Shown in pieces: positions 7,053 to 14,845 of a stretch of DNA of 50,397 nt. A program made the position numbers and the translations under genes. Origin of the DNA: Acidobacteriota bacterium (GTDB taxonomy: Bacteria > Acidobacteriota > UBA6911 > JACQSX01 > JBPCNK01); the NCBI GenBank assembly GCA_051001345.1, contig JBPCNK010000126.1, forward strand, positions 1 to 50,397, in the 5' to 3' direction. Positions within the stretch are counted from its first letter, which is position 1. Each line of letters starts with the position of its first letter. The notes below the pieces were generated by a model that had not been told where the DNA came from, did not search any database, and was given only the letters and a program-made list of their open reading frames with translations.

Positions 7053-7919
7053 TCAGAAAAAATAGCTGAAATTCACCGCGATTCGAATCGTTTCACGTCC
7101 TAAACCAGTTCCGACATCGCGGTAAATTGGAAATTGAATGCCGCCTTCGATGGCATAATTCTTGTAGATGCCCAAGGCGCTCGGCCCCGCAAAGATTTGG
7201 TGCGCAGCGGAGTTCGGCATCTTGAGACCTCTTCGTTGCACACGTCCGGATTTTTCTCCGGTCACTTCGAGAAATCCGCGCCAGTCCCAATGGGGATATT
7301 CCTTTCGCAATCCAGGAGGCCGGTACCCCCACACTCCCGAATAGGAAAGGATGTCCGGCCTCTTGTCGCCACGAGCTTCGGCAAAACGTGTGTAGCCCAC
7401 GCCGCCCCATACATAATGGCTGCGTGAAGCCATTCCGGTCGATGCCGCCGAATACAAGCCGGGCGCTCTGCGCAGATCCGTCATCATTCCTCTGCCACGC
7501 TGCGGACCCGGAGCAGTAACGCCGACGTAAGCCGTGCTTTCAAAGCGGGTGCCTACATCGGCTCCTCTGCGGTGGAAGCGCCAGGCGCCGATAGCTTCCA
7601 CATCCGGTGTGGCGCTCATCATGGCCGTTCCTCGCGAAATCGGAAGAGCAGCGCTACTGAGCATGTAGGGGGCGCTAACCGAAAGCTGCAGGTCTTCCGT
7701 GATTCCATAGCTGAGCATCGCGCGCAACATGTTTCCGTTGTTGCTTGCGCCGATGCGTGACATCGTCCCGATATCCAAGCTCCAACCGCCCTTGGCGTTT
7801 GTTGGCGTGGTGAAGCCGAACACGGGTCCGTGACCAGAGGCAAGAGCCGTAAACGATACGAGGCAAAGCTGTACAAATAACAGCGCTGCGAAATGGAATC
7901 CCCCGAGACGCGTAGCCAT
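7053..7919 (-). CDS. Putative outer-membrane beta-barrel protein
   Basis: ATG 7919 with a GAGGG SD. Signal peptide ...LCLVSFTALASG, an alternating hydrophobic pattern, and a C-terminal NFSYFF typical of OMP barrels. A MerR-type promoter lies upstream at 8025-8056. The family was not recognised. Confidence 0.55.
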   Translation of the reverse strand: MATRLGGFHFAALLFVQLCLVSFTALASGHGPVFGFTTPTNAKGGWSLDIGTMSRIGASNNGNMLRAMLSYGITEDLQLSVSAPYMLSSAALPISRGTAMMSATPDVEAIGAWRFHRRGADVGTRFESTAYVGVTAPGPQRGRGMMTDLRRAPGLYSAASTGMASRSHYVWGGVGYTRFAEARGDKRPDILSYSGVWGYRPPGLRKEYPHWDWRGFLEVTGEKSGRVQRRGLKMPNSAAHQIFAGPSALGIYKNYAIEGGIQFPIYRDVGTGLGRETIRIAVNFSYFF

Positions 7920-8024
7920 AATTGCCCTCGTTGTGCCCAGAAAACCAGAGCGGAGCCGTGCGACGAACTCCGCCCTTTGGTGTGCTACTTTCGGATCATT
8001 TCTTTTCTCCACGTCCTTCAAATT

Positions 8025-8056
8025 CACTCTACGCCCTATACATCGGTATAGAGTCG
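8025..8056 (-). promoter_or_regulatory. MerR-type promoter/operator (dyad CTATAC-N4-GTATAG) for the OMP and HMA operon
   Basis: On the minus strand: TCGACT, a 20-nt spacer containing CTATACCGATGTATAG, then TAGAGT. The core GACTCTATAC-N4-GTATAGGG is shared with 8824-8855. Confidence 0.6.
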
Positions 8057-8343
8057 ATACTCGGAGAGGAGAAAAATTGAAAATCCGCAGGCTCGGCTAA
8101 AAACGCCACCACCCCCACTGAATGACAGTTGCCAAGGTCACAGCGACCGCAGAACCGTAGACGACGCGCGAAGGGAGCGAGGAGCGTTGCAACACATTCA
8201 GGCGAAACCCGTAAAGCAGCGACAGAACCGACAGAGCCACACAGATCCAGCGTAAAGGCGTTACCAGCAGCCCCAACGATGTGCTTCCCAGACCGAGAAG
8301 TCCCGCGGCGAGCGGAAGAGCTCAACAGGGCCTGGAGAAGAAA

Positions 8344-8814
8344 CTAAACAGCACTGCGACCACTGACGTTCCGTTTCCTACGCTTCGCATGAATGCCGGC
8401 CTTTCCTCCTGTTTCCATTGTCCGCTCGATGAGGGTGCAAATCACGTCCGCGGACAACTTTCGGTCACCTGATGCTTTCCAACGCGCGACGGCGCGGGTC
8501 AACTCGCTGGCGAAAGTCCGAAGCTGGCGGATTTGGCGCTGAGTGCGCTGCAAGTGTCGTTCGGCAATCGAGATCACGTCGTTGCATGGGCACTGGCCTT
8601 GCTCCCGCATTTTGAGGACGTCGCGGATTTCATCCAGTGAGAAGCCGAACTCTTTCGCGTGGCGGATAAACCTCAGCCGATGCAGATCCTCATCATCATA
8701 GATTCGATATCCTGACTCACTCCGCTCGGGATCGGGCAGGAGCTTCTGACGCTCGTAGAACCGCACGGTTTGGACGGAAACAGCAGCTTGCGACGCGAGT
8801 TCCCCGATTCGCAT
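8344..8814 (-). CDS. MerR-family metal-responsive transcriptional regulator
   Basis: MRIGELASQAAVSVQTVRFYERQKLLPDP HTH, with GQCPC and ICT Cys residues in the effector region. The leader is very short (the -10 box ends 9 nt before the ATG). Confidence 0.8.
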   Translation of the reverse strand: MRIGELASQAAVSVQTVRFYERQKLLPDPERSESGYRIYDDEDLHRLRFIRHAKEFGFSLDEIRDVLKMREQGQCPCNDVISIAERHLQRTQRQIRQLRTFASELTRAVARWKASGDRKLSADVICTLIERTMETGGKAGIHAKRRKRNVSGRSAV

Positions 8815-8823
8815 TTCCGAAGC

Positions 8824-8855
8824 ATTCTAAACCCTATACACGCGTATAGAGTCAA
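8824..8855 (-). promoter_or_regulatory. MerR-type autoregulated promoter/operator
   Basis: On the minus strand: TTGACT (8855-8850), a 20-nt spacer with the perfect dyad CTATAC GCGT GTATAG (8834-8849), then TAGAAT (8829-8824). Confidence 0.65.
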
Positions 8856-8934
8856 GTGCCCATGAAGCGATCCGGCAAGCAGACCGTACCTAGCCCCTAC
8901 CTAGCCCGGATTATTCACACAATGAAAAACCTAG

Positions 8935-8969
8935 TCACGAACTTCACGAATTTCACGAATGATCACGAA
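8935..8969 (+). repeat. Four phased direct repeats of TCACGAA (spacing 9, 9, 10 bp)
   Basis: TCACGAA starts at 8935, 8944, 8953 and 8963. Copies of CCTAGCCC lie nearby at 8889-8908 and 9055-9063. Confidence 0.85.
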
Positions 8970-9078
8970 TCTATGAACGGCTTTGAGCACCTTTGGCCGG
9001 GCTTGCAGTTTCAACAAGTTGTCTTGACCACGGATTAGAGCAACCAGTTGTCGAGCCTAGCCCATATGTTTCGAGTCA

Positions 9079-9105
9079 TTCGGGATAATTCGGGATAATT
9101 CGTGA
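9079..9105 (+). repeat. Three phased repeats TTCGGGA/TTCGGGA/TTCGTGA (10-bp period), inverted relative to 8935-8969
   Basis: ATTCGGGATA ATTCGGGATA ATTCGTGATT. TTCGTGA is the reverse complement of TCACGAA. Confidence 0.85.
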
Positions 9106-9158
9106 TTAGCTTTTTGCTTTTTTTGTGAATAGTCCGGGCCTGCGCGGCGCCGGCATAT

Positions 9159-9194
9159 CTGGCGACTGGCGACCGGCGACTGGCGACTCTCTCG
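9159..9194 (+). repeat. GGCGACT-type heptamer run (same motif as in the Rep-A cassettes)
   Basis: CTGGCGACTGGCGACCGGCGACTGGCGACTCTCTC. As in Rep-A, it sits just upstream of a promoter-like region and a small Cys-rich ORF. Confidence 0.85.
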
Positions 9195-9211
9195 GCGCCG
9201 CAACGAAAGTC

Positions 9212-9239
9212 TTGCGCTTGGCAGGGTTGGCCCTATACT
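9212..9239 (+). promoter_or_regulatory. Sigma70-like promoter, probably giving a leaderless mRNA
   Basis: TTGCGC (9212-9217), a 16-nt spacer, then TATACT (9234-9239). The ATG of the next ORF begins 7 nt after the -10 box, and there is no SD. Confidence 0.45.
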
Positions 9240-9245
9240 ACTGCC

Positions 9246-9611
9246 ATGGTTCCGAAAGCCATAGCTGGTCTGCTTCTGGTCAGTTTGTTGACGATCCATG
9301 GAGCGGATCTCTACGCCGCTGTCTCGGTTTTCCTGCCGGATTGCGCAGCCGCCAAGCGCCCCAGTTGTTGCCAGACGGCAGCCAGCGGCGCCTCGGCAGC
9401 TCAGGCATGTTGTGCGACAAGTTGCGGCGATGAGCCCCATCCCTCGGCATTTTCCAATCCTGTTTGCGCATTCCGTGGAGTGGACGCGGCGGCCACGGCG
9501 GCCGTCTCCCTCGAGCCGTTCGTGCAGGATGGCTTTGGGGTCGTCGACGCTGCACCCGTCATCCAGTCCGGCGCCAGCCGGGTGGTTTTGAACTCCGCGT
9601 TTCAAATCTAG
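9246..9611 (+). CDS. Small secreted Cys-rich protein heading the cusA/czcA operon
   Basis: 121 aa with signal-like MVPKAIAGLLLVSLLTIHG and motifs LPDC, SCCQT, ACCATSCGDEPH. Its position is analogous to ORFs 1759 and 46105. Confidence 0.5.
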   Translation: MVPKAIAGLLLVSLLTIHGADLYAAVSVFLPDCAAAKRPSCCQTAASGASAAQACCATSCGDEPHPSAFSNPVCAFRGVDAAATAAVSLEPFVQDGFGVVDAAPVIQSGASRVVLNSAFQI

Positions 9612-9733
9612 AACCCTCCTGGGCGTAGTGTGCCCAAACGCGTCCCCGGGCCAAATCGCCCGCCGGCGACGCGCCCCGTCCAACATCCCAGTTACTGTTT
9701 GATTTTGGACCAGGTCTCTGAGTCTTTGCCGCA

Positions 9734-12700
9734 ATGATCGATCGGATTATTGAATTCTCAATTCGAAACCGCTTCCTGGTGGTGCTCACCTACGCACTGC
9801 TGGCGGGACTGGGCTATTGGGCGCTGCTGACGACGCCCATCGACGCGATTCCCGATCTGAGCGATAACCAGGTTATTGTTTTCAGCGACTGGCCGGGGCG
9901 CAGCCCGCAGGAAGTCGAAGATCAGATCACTTACCCTTTGACAACAAGCCTGCAGGGACTTCCGGATGTGCGCGTGGTCCGTTCTTCTTCGGCGTTCGGT
10001 TTCTCGATGATCAACGTCATTTTCGAAGACCGCGTCGACTTGTACTTCGCGCGCACACGTGTCCTTGAGCGGTTGAACCTGGTCACAAAGAGTTTGCCCG
10101 CGGGGGTCGTGCCGACGCTTGGACCAGACGCCACCGGCGTCGGCCATGTGTTCTGGTACAGCGTCGAAGGACCCCTCAGTCTGCTGGAACTCCGTTCGCT
10201 GCAGGATTGGTACGTCCGCTACCAGTTGAACTCCGTTTCGGGTGTGGCCGAAGTCGCCAGTGTAGGCGGGCAAGTCCAGCAATATCAGATCAACGTCGAT
10301 CCGGTTCGCCTGCGCGCCTTCAAGGTTCCGATGAGCTCCGTGGTGGCTGCGGTGATGTCCAGCAATAAGAACGTGGGTGGCAACGTCCTCGAAACCAGCG
10401 GCGCGTGGTCGGTCGTTCGAGGTATCGGTCTGATTGGCTCCATCCAAGACCTCGAAGAGATCGCCGTGGCCGCACCGGGCGGCGTGCCCGTTCGTGTTCA
10501 GGATGTAGCGGAAGTACGAATTGGAAATGCCTATCGGGCCGCCGCGCTCATCAAGAATCGAGAGGAGGTCGTGGGCGGAGTCGTAGTAGCCCGCTACGGC
10601 GCAAATACGCAGCAGGTCATCGACGCCGTAAAAGAAAAAATTGCGGCTCTGGCTCCCGGACTTCCACAGGGCGTCACGATCGTTCCCTTCTATGACCGGT
10701 CGGATTTGATCCAACGGTCGATCGCCACTCTGCGAAGAGCGCTTATCGAAGAAATTCTTCTGGTGACGATTGCCCACATCATCTTTCTGCTTCACTTTCG
10801 CAGCATTCTGATCGTCACGATCCCTCTGCCGCTTGCGGTCTTGATCTCCTTCCTGTTCATGAAGCAGATGGATATTTCATCGAACATCATGTCGCTGGCC
10901 GGAATCGCCATCGCCATCGGCGTTCTGGTGGATGCAGGGATCGTTGTGACCGAGAACGCGTTTCGTTTCCTCGAGCAACGGCGAGTGGACCCCAAGGACC
11001 GGCCGCTTGTGACCGCCACCGTCCTGGAAGCGACGCGGTTGGTGGGGCGGCCGATTTTCGCGTCCATGGCGATCATCATACTGGCCTTCGCGCCCGTATT
11101 TGCCTTGACTGGGCAGGAAGGAAAACTCTTTCGGCCGCTGGCCTTCACCAAAACCTTTGCAATGGTCGGCGCTACTCTGATTGCGGTGACACTGGTCCCG
11201 GTTCTTTGCACGTACTTGCTGGGCGGCAAGTTCCACCGCGAAGAAGACAACCCTGTGATGCGGCTTCTGGTCGGGATTTACCGGCCCGTACTTCGGTTCG
11301 CCTTGCGTCACAGGAAAACGACCATCGCCGGCGCTGTGGTTCTTTTTGCGATCGCGCTTTGGATGATTCCTCAAATCGGTACGGAATTCATGCCGCCGCT
11401 GAACGAAGGGGATCTCATGTTTATGCCGATCGCGGATCCCGGCATTTCTCTGCCTCAGGCGATCGCGATCGCTAAGAAGCAGGACGATGTAATCCGTAGC
11501 TTCCCGGAAGTCGCGTCCGCGGTTGCCAAGATTGGACGAGCCGATACGTCAACCGATCCAGCGCCTGTCAACATGACGGAAACGATCATCAACTTGAAGC
11601 CTCCGGAACAATGGCGCGCGGGGGTGACGCGCGACAGCCTCATTGCAGAAATGGACCAGGCGATCGCGCTGCCAGGTGTCACCAACATCTGGACCCAACC
11701 CATCATCAATCGCATCAACATGCTCACCACCGGGATCCGGTCCGAGGTAGGAGTGAAGGTTTTTGGAGGCGACTTGAAGGTGCTGGAGGCCAAAGCGCGC
11801 CAGATTGCCGCGCTGGTAAAACAGGTCCCCGGCGCCGCCGATGTCTATCCCGAGCAGATCCTCGGAGCGCCCTATCTGGACATCGACATTGACCGGCAGG
11901 CTGCCGCCCGCTACGGAATCGGCGTCGAGGAGATTCAGAATTCGATTGAAACCGCAATCGGAGAAACTGTCCTGTCGACGACCATTGAGGGCCGTCGCCG
12001 CTTTGCGGTTCGGGTGCGCTACGCACTGGAACACAGAAATGACATCGCGGCGCTCAAGCAGGTTCTGGTCGATGCGCCGGCCGGCTTTCAGGTTCCCCTG
12101 GGGCAGTTGGCTGCTTTCCGAACGGTTTCAGGGCCGTCGATGATCTCCGGCGAAAATGGCCTGCTGGTCGCGACGGTGCTCCTCAATGTTCGCGGCCGGG
12201 ATGTCGGCGGCTTTATCAGCGAGGCCCAGTCGCTGATTCGGGACCGGCTGGAACTCCCACCCGGTTACTACGTCGGCTGGAGCGGTCAATACGAAAACGA
12301 GATTCGTGCGCGCGCAAGGCTGCAGCTTGTGGTCCCAATCGTCGTGGTGATTATTTTTCTGGTGCTCTATCTCACGTACGGCTCGTTTCTGGAAGCGGCG
12401 CACGTGTTGCTGGCCGTCCCGTTTGCCCTGACCGGAGGCGTATTTCTCCTTTACTTCCTTGGCTACAACTTCAGTGTCGCCGTCTGGGTGGGTTTCATCG
12501 CTCTGTTTGGAACAGCCGTTCAGACCGGCGTCGTGATGGTGATCTACCTGCACGAAGCCGTGCGGCGCAGAGCGGACGCTTTGGGACGGCTGGATCGCAA
12601 GAGTTTGATTGAGGCGATCGAGGAGGGAGCGTTGCTGCGCCTCCGGCCGAAAGTGATGACCGTCAGCACGGTCATTGCCGGGCTCTTGCCGATCATGTGG

Positions 12701-12895
12701 AGCACCAGTACCGGCGCCGAAGTAATGAAACCTCTGGCGACGCCGGTACTGGGTGGAATGGTCAGCTCGCTGTTGCACGTTTTGGTCGTAACGCCGGTTC
12801 TTTTTTCCTGGATTCATGAACGCAAGACAGGGGTCAGGGGTCAGGGGTCAGGACGTGATCGTGCTCGTGGCCGTGCTCGTGGCCGTGCTCGTTGA
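9734..12895 (+). CDS. CusA/CzcA-family heavy-metal efflux RND pump (system 1)
   Basis: 1053 aa with typical HME-RND sequence throughout ([16 protein letters not shown]..., 12-TM layout, large periplasmic loops). The last ~23 codons ([21 protein letters not shown]) are encoded by the repeat module and may not be native. Confidence 0.9.
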   Translation: MIDRIIEFSIRNRFLVVLTYALLAGLGYWALLTTPIDAIPDLSDNQVIVFSDWPGRSPQEVEDQITYPLTTSLQGLPDVRVVRSSSAFGFSMINVIFEDRVDLYFARTRVLERLNLVTKSLPAGVVPTLGPDATGVGHVFWYSVEGPLSLLELRSLQDWYVRYQLNSVSGVAEVASVGGQVQQYQINVDPVRLRAFKVPMSSVVAAVMSSNKNVGGNVLETSGAWSVVRGIGLIGSIQDLEEIAVAAPGGVPVRVQDVAEVRIGNAYRAAALIKNREEVVGGVVVARYGANTQQVIDAVKEKIAALAPGLPQGVTIVPFYDRSDLIQRSIATLRRALIEEILLVTIAHIIFLLHFRSILIVTIPLPLAVLISFLFMKQMDISSNIMSLAGIAIAIGVLVDAGIVVTENAFRFLEQRRVDPKDRPLVTATVLEATRLVGRPIFASMAIIILAFAPVFALTGQEGKLFRPLAFTKTFAMVGATLIAVTLVPVLCTYLLGGKFHREEDNPVMRLLVGIYRPVLRFALRHRKTTIAGAVVLFAIALWMIPQIGTEFMPPLNEGDLMFMPIADPGISLPQAIAIAKKQDDVIRSFPEVASAVAKIGRADTSTDPAPVNMTETIINLKPPEQWRAGVTRDSLIAEMDQAIALPGVTNIWTQPIINRINMLTTGIRSEVGVKVFGGDLKVLEAKARQIAALVKQVPGAADVYPEQILGAPYLDIDIDRQAAARYGIGVEEIQNSIETAIGETVLSTTIEGRRRFAVRVRYALEHRNDIAALKQVLVDAPAGFQVPLGQLAAFRTVSGPSMISGENGLLVATVLLNVRGRDVGGFISEAQSLIRDRLELPPGYYVGWSGQYENEIRARARLQLVVPIVVVIIFLVLYLTYGSFLEAAHVLLAVPFALTGGVFLLYFLGYNFSVAVWVGFIALFGTAVQTGVVMVIYLHEAVRRRADALGRLDRKSLIEAIEEGALLRLRPKVMTVSTVIAGLLPIMWSTSTGAEVMKPLATPVLGGMVSSLLHVLVVTPVLFSWIHERKTGVRGQGSGRDRARGRARGRAR

Positions 12896-12974
12896 CGTGA
12901 TCGTGCTCGTGCTCGTGGTCGTGGCCGTCGTCGATTACCCGTACCCTTCCGGGTACGGCACTGACATCGGCGGC
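12829..12974. repeat. Intercistronic module, copy 1: (GGGGTCA)3, (NNCGTG)x14 hexamer array, 8-bp hairpin, conserved tail
   Basis: AGGGGTC x3 (12829-12851). Hexamer array at 12852-12935, with 11 of 14 units ending CGTG. Hairpin CCGTACCC-TTCC-GGGTACGG (12939-12958). Tail CACTGACATCGGCGGC. It is paralogous to 30464-30585. Confidence 0.85.
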
Positions 12975-13131
12975 AATCCCGGATTCATGAGCACTGCCAT
13001 GAAAATAAGCGCCGATTCGTCTGTCAGTGCCGTCATGTTCAGTGCCGCGACCGCAGGGAGCGGCTCCGCAGCACCATCTAAAAGAAGCACACGCGACATG
13101 AAATGGGGATTCACCAAACCTGGAGGAAACC

Positions 13132-13554
13132 ATGCAAAGAGTACTGTGCGCCATTGTGGGACTGCTGCTTTTGGCTAGTACGATTCCGGCCTGCCGTCAA
13201 CCGTCGGAGGGCGATTGGAAGCAAGTGGCCAGTGCCGACATCAGCGAAGGGAAAGTCGTAGTCAAGAGCGCCGCCGGAGACCTGAAGGAAGGAAAGAACG
13301 ACATTCGCATCGAGTTCGTCGATGCCGGCGGCAACCTGCTGCCGGTCGAACACGCCGAAGCATCCGCCGCGATGCCGATGCCGGGCATGAGTCCCATGAC
13401 CACATCCATGGAACTGAAGTCCACCGCTGAAGAGCCGGGCCGGTTCACGGCGCAAGCTAACTTTGAAATGCGAGGGGGCTGGCAATGTTCAATCCAATAT
13501 CGTCTGAAAACGGGAGCATCGGGTTCGGCCGCTTTCAACCTTAATGTCAGGTGA
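13132..13554 (+). CDS. YtkA/FixH-like periplasmic lipoprotein with a Met-rich segment
   Basis: GGAGGA SD and lipobox-like LLLASTIPAC. AAMPMPGMSPMTTSMELKSTAEEPGRFTAQANFEMRGGWQCSI fits the YtkA-like pattern as I remember it. Confidence 0.6.
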   Translation: MQRVLCAIVGLLLLASTIPACRQPSEGDWKQVASADISEGKVVVKSAAGDLKEGKNDIRIEFVDAGGNLLPVEHAEASAAMPMPGMSPMTTSMELKSTAEEPGRFTAQANFEMRGGWQCSIQYRLKTGASGSAAFNLNVR

Positions 13555-14845
13555 ACCGATGAATTTTGTGAAGCGACGACATGTCTTGATTCTGTGGCTT
13601 GCATTCCATGCGCTTGGCTTCGGCCAGGAAAGTTCCGTGGAGGTTACACAACGGGAACTGGTTGACCTGGTGAAACGTGGAATCGAGAGCAACCTGTTTC
13701 TTCAGGCCGAGCGTCTGGAGATTGCAGCCCGGGAAGCTCGGGCACTGCAGGCTGGGCTTCGGGCCAACCCAACCCTGATGGCAAACGCGATGAAGGAAAT
13801 CGCGGGTTCCGACCATTTTCTTGGAGCAGGCGCCAGCCAGCCGCTGGAACTCTTCGGACGAAGGAGCGCGCGAAGGGAAGCTGCACTTGCCCAAGTCAAG
13901 GTCGCAAGAGCTGAAGTTTCCGAGCAGGAGGAAATGCTTGCCGGAAGGATCCGGGATCTGTATGGCGAAATCCTCGGGCTCCAGCGCGATATCGCGGTGC
14001 TGCAACAGATCCTTGTCAGTAACCGAAAGACCCACGCATTGGTTCAGGCGCGCATTGACGAAGGCGCGGCCGCGAAGCTGGACGGCACGATTCAGTTGAC
14101 CGAGATTGGAAAGCTCGAAGCGCGGGAGATATCCCTTCAGGGGGAGCATGAGGGAGCGGTGCTGGAATTAAAAACGCTGCTTGGTTTGCCGCCGGATCAA
14201 CCGCTTTTCCTCTCAGGAAGCGTCTTGCATCCGCCCGACATTCCTCCGTTACAGGGCGCGTTGGTTGAAGCGACCGGCCGCGCAGATCTCAAACGGGTCG
14301 ACGCGGCCGAACGGGCGGCGCGGGCAGAGGTGCAGAGAGCCACGGCCGAGTCGCGCTGGGACGTTACGGTTTCGGCGGAATACCGCCGTTCCGACAACGG
14401 TTTTCATCAGCGCGGTTTCAACGACGCCGGCCAACTGGAACGTGTGCGTGGTGTCTTCAACATGCTCATGTTCGGGGCAAGTTTTCAGTTTCCTTTGTTC
14501 AACCGCAATCAGGGCGAAATTCTGGAATTTCAGACGCGCGCAGACATGGAAGTTCGCCGGCGGCGCTACCTGGAGCTGGCGATACACAACGAGCTGCGCG
14601 CGCTGTATCGGCGTGCGGACACTCTGGAAGCCAGCCGGCGAATGTACGAACGGGGCGCGCTGAGACTGGCGGAGGAAACTCTTTCCATCGTTCGGCAAAA
14701 GCACGACCTCGGCGCCATTTCCTTTCTGGACGTATTGCAGGAACAACGCCGCTTCCTTGAAATTCAGACGGGGTACTCCGAGATTCTCAAGGAGCTGTTC
14801 CGCGCCCGATCCGGCATTTTGCGCAGCCTCGGAAGGATCACATGA
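13544..14845 (+). CDS. TolC/CzcC-family outer membrane efflux protein (system 1)
   Basis: 433 aa with two TolC-like repeats (LELFGRRSARREAA..., FPLFNRNQGEI). Overlaps the next gene by 4 nt. The start may be ATG 13559 (MNFVKRRHVL). Confidence 0.85.
   Translation: MSGEPMNFVKRRHVLILWLAFHALGFGQESSVEVTQRELVDLVKRGIESNLFLQAERLEIAAREARALQAGLRANPTLMANAMKEIAGSDHFLGAGASQPLELFGRRSARREAALAQVKVARAEVSEQEEMLAGRIRDLYGEILGLQRDIAVLQQILVSNRKTHALVQARIDEGAAAKLDGTIQLTEIGKLEAREISLQGEHEGAVLELKTLLGLPPDQPLFLSGSVLHPPDIPPLQGALVEATGRADLKRVDAAERAARAEVQRATAESRWDVTVSAEYRRSDNGFHQRGFNDAGQLERVRGVFNMLMFGASFQFPLFNRNQGEILEFQTRADMEVRRRRYLELAIHNELRALYRRADTLEASRRMYERGALRLAEETLSIVRQKHDLGAISFLDVLQEQRRFLEIQTGYSEILKELFRARSGILRSLGRIT

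Noticed and set aside
7920-8027. N-terminal extension of the OMP ORF to the GTG at 8027
   Set aside because: The GTG lies inside the predicted -10 box (TAGAGTGAAT). The extension is hydrophilic and precedes a normal signal peptide that starts at ATG 7919 with its own SD.
8029-8325. 98-aa minus-strand ORF between the MerR gene and the OMP gene
   Set aside because: It has no SD, spans the MerR-type promoter, and its translation has no recognisable features. It is treated as a 5' UTR/intergenic region.
8856-9038. 60-aa plus-strand ORF (MPMKRSGKQTVPSPYLARIIHTMKNLVTNFTNFTN...) in the merR/cusA intergenic region
   Set aside because: Its sequence is dictated by the TCACGAA repeat array (TNFTNFTN). 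It has no SD. It is more parsimoniously non-coding regulatory or repeat DNA.
12852-12935. Tandem hexamer/heptamer arrays considered as a CRISPR array
   Set aside because: The period is only 6-7 nt with no unique spacers, there are no cas genes in the window, and the arrays lie inside operons. This is not CRISPR.
12834-13154. 106-aa minus-strand ORF ending in the His-rich tail [29 protein letters not shown], considered as a metal-binding protein gene
   Set aside because: I did not call it as a CDS. The upstream two-thirds has an implausible composition and overlaps the YtkA-like start on the other strand. The paralogous module at 30464-30585 has the His-rich frame but no start codon after an upstream TAA. 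The His-coding potential is kept as part of the module finding only.
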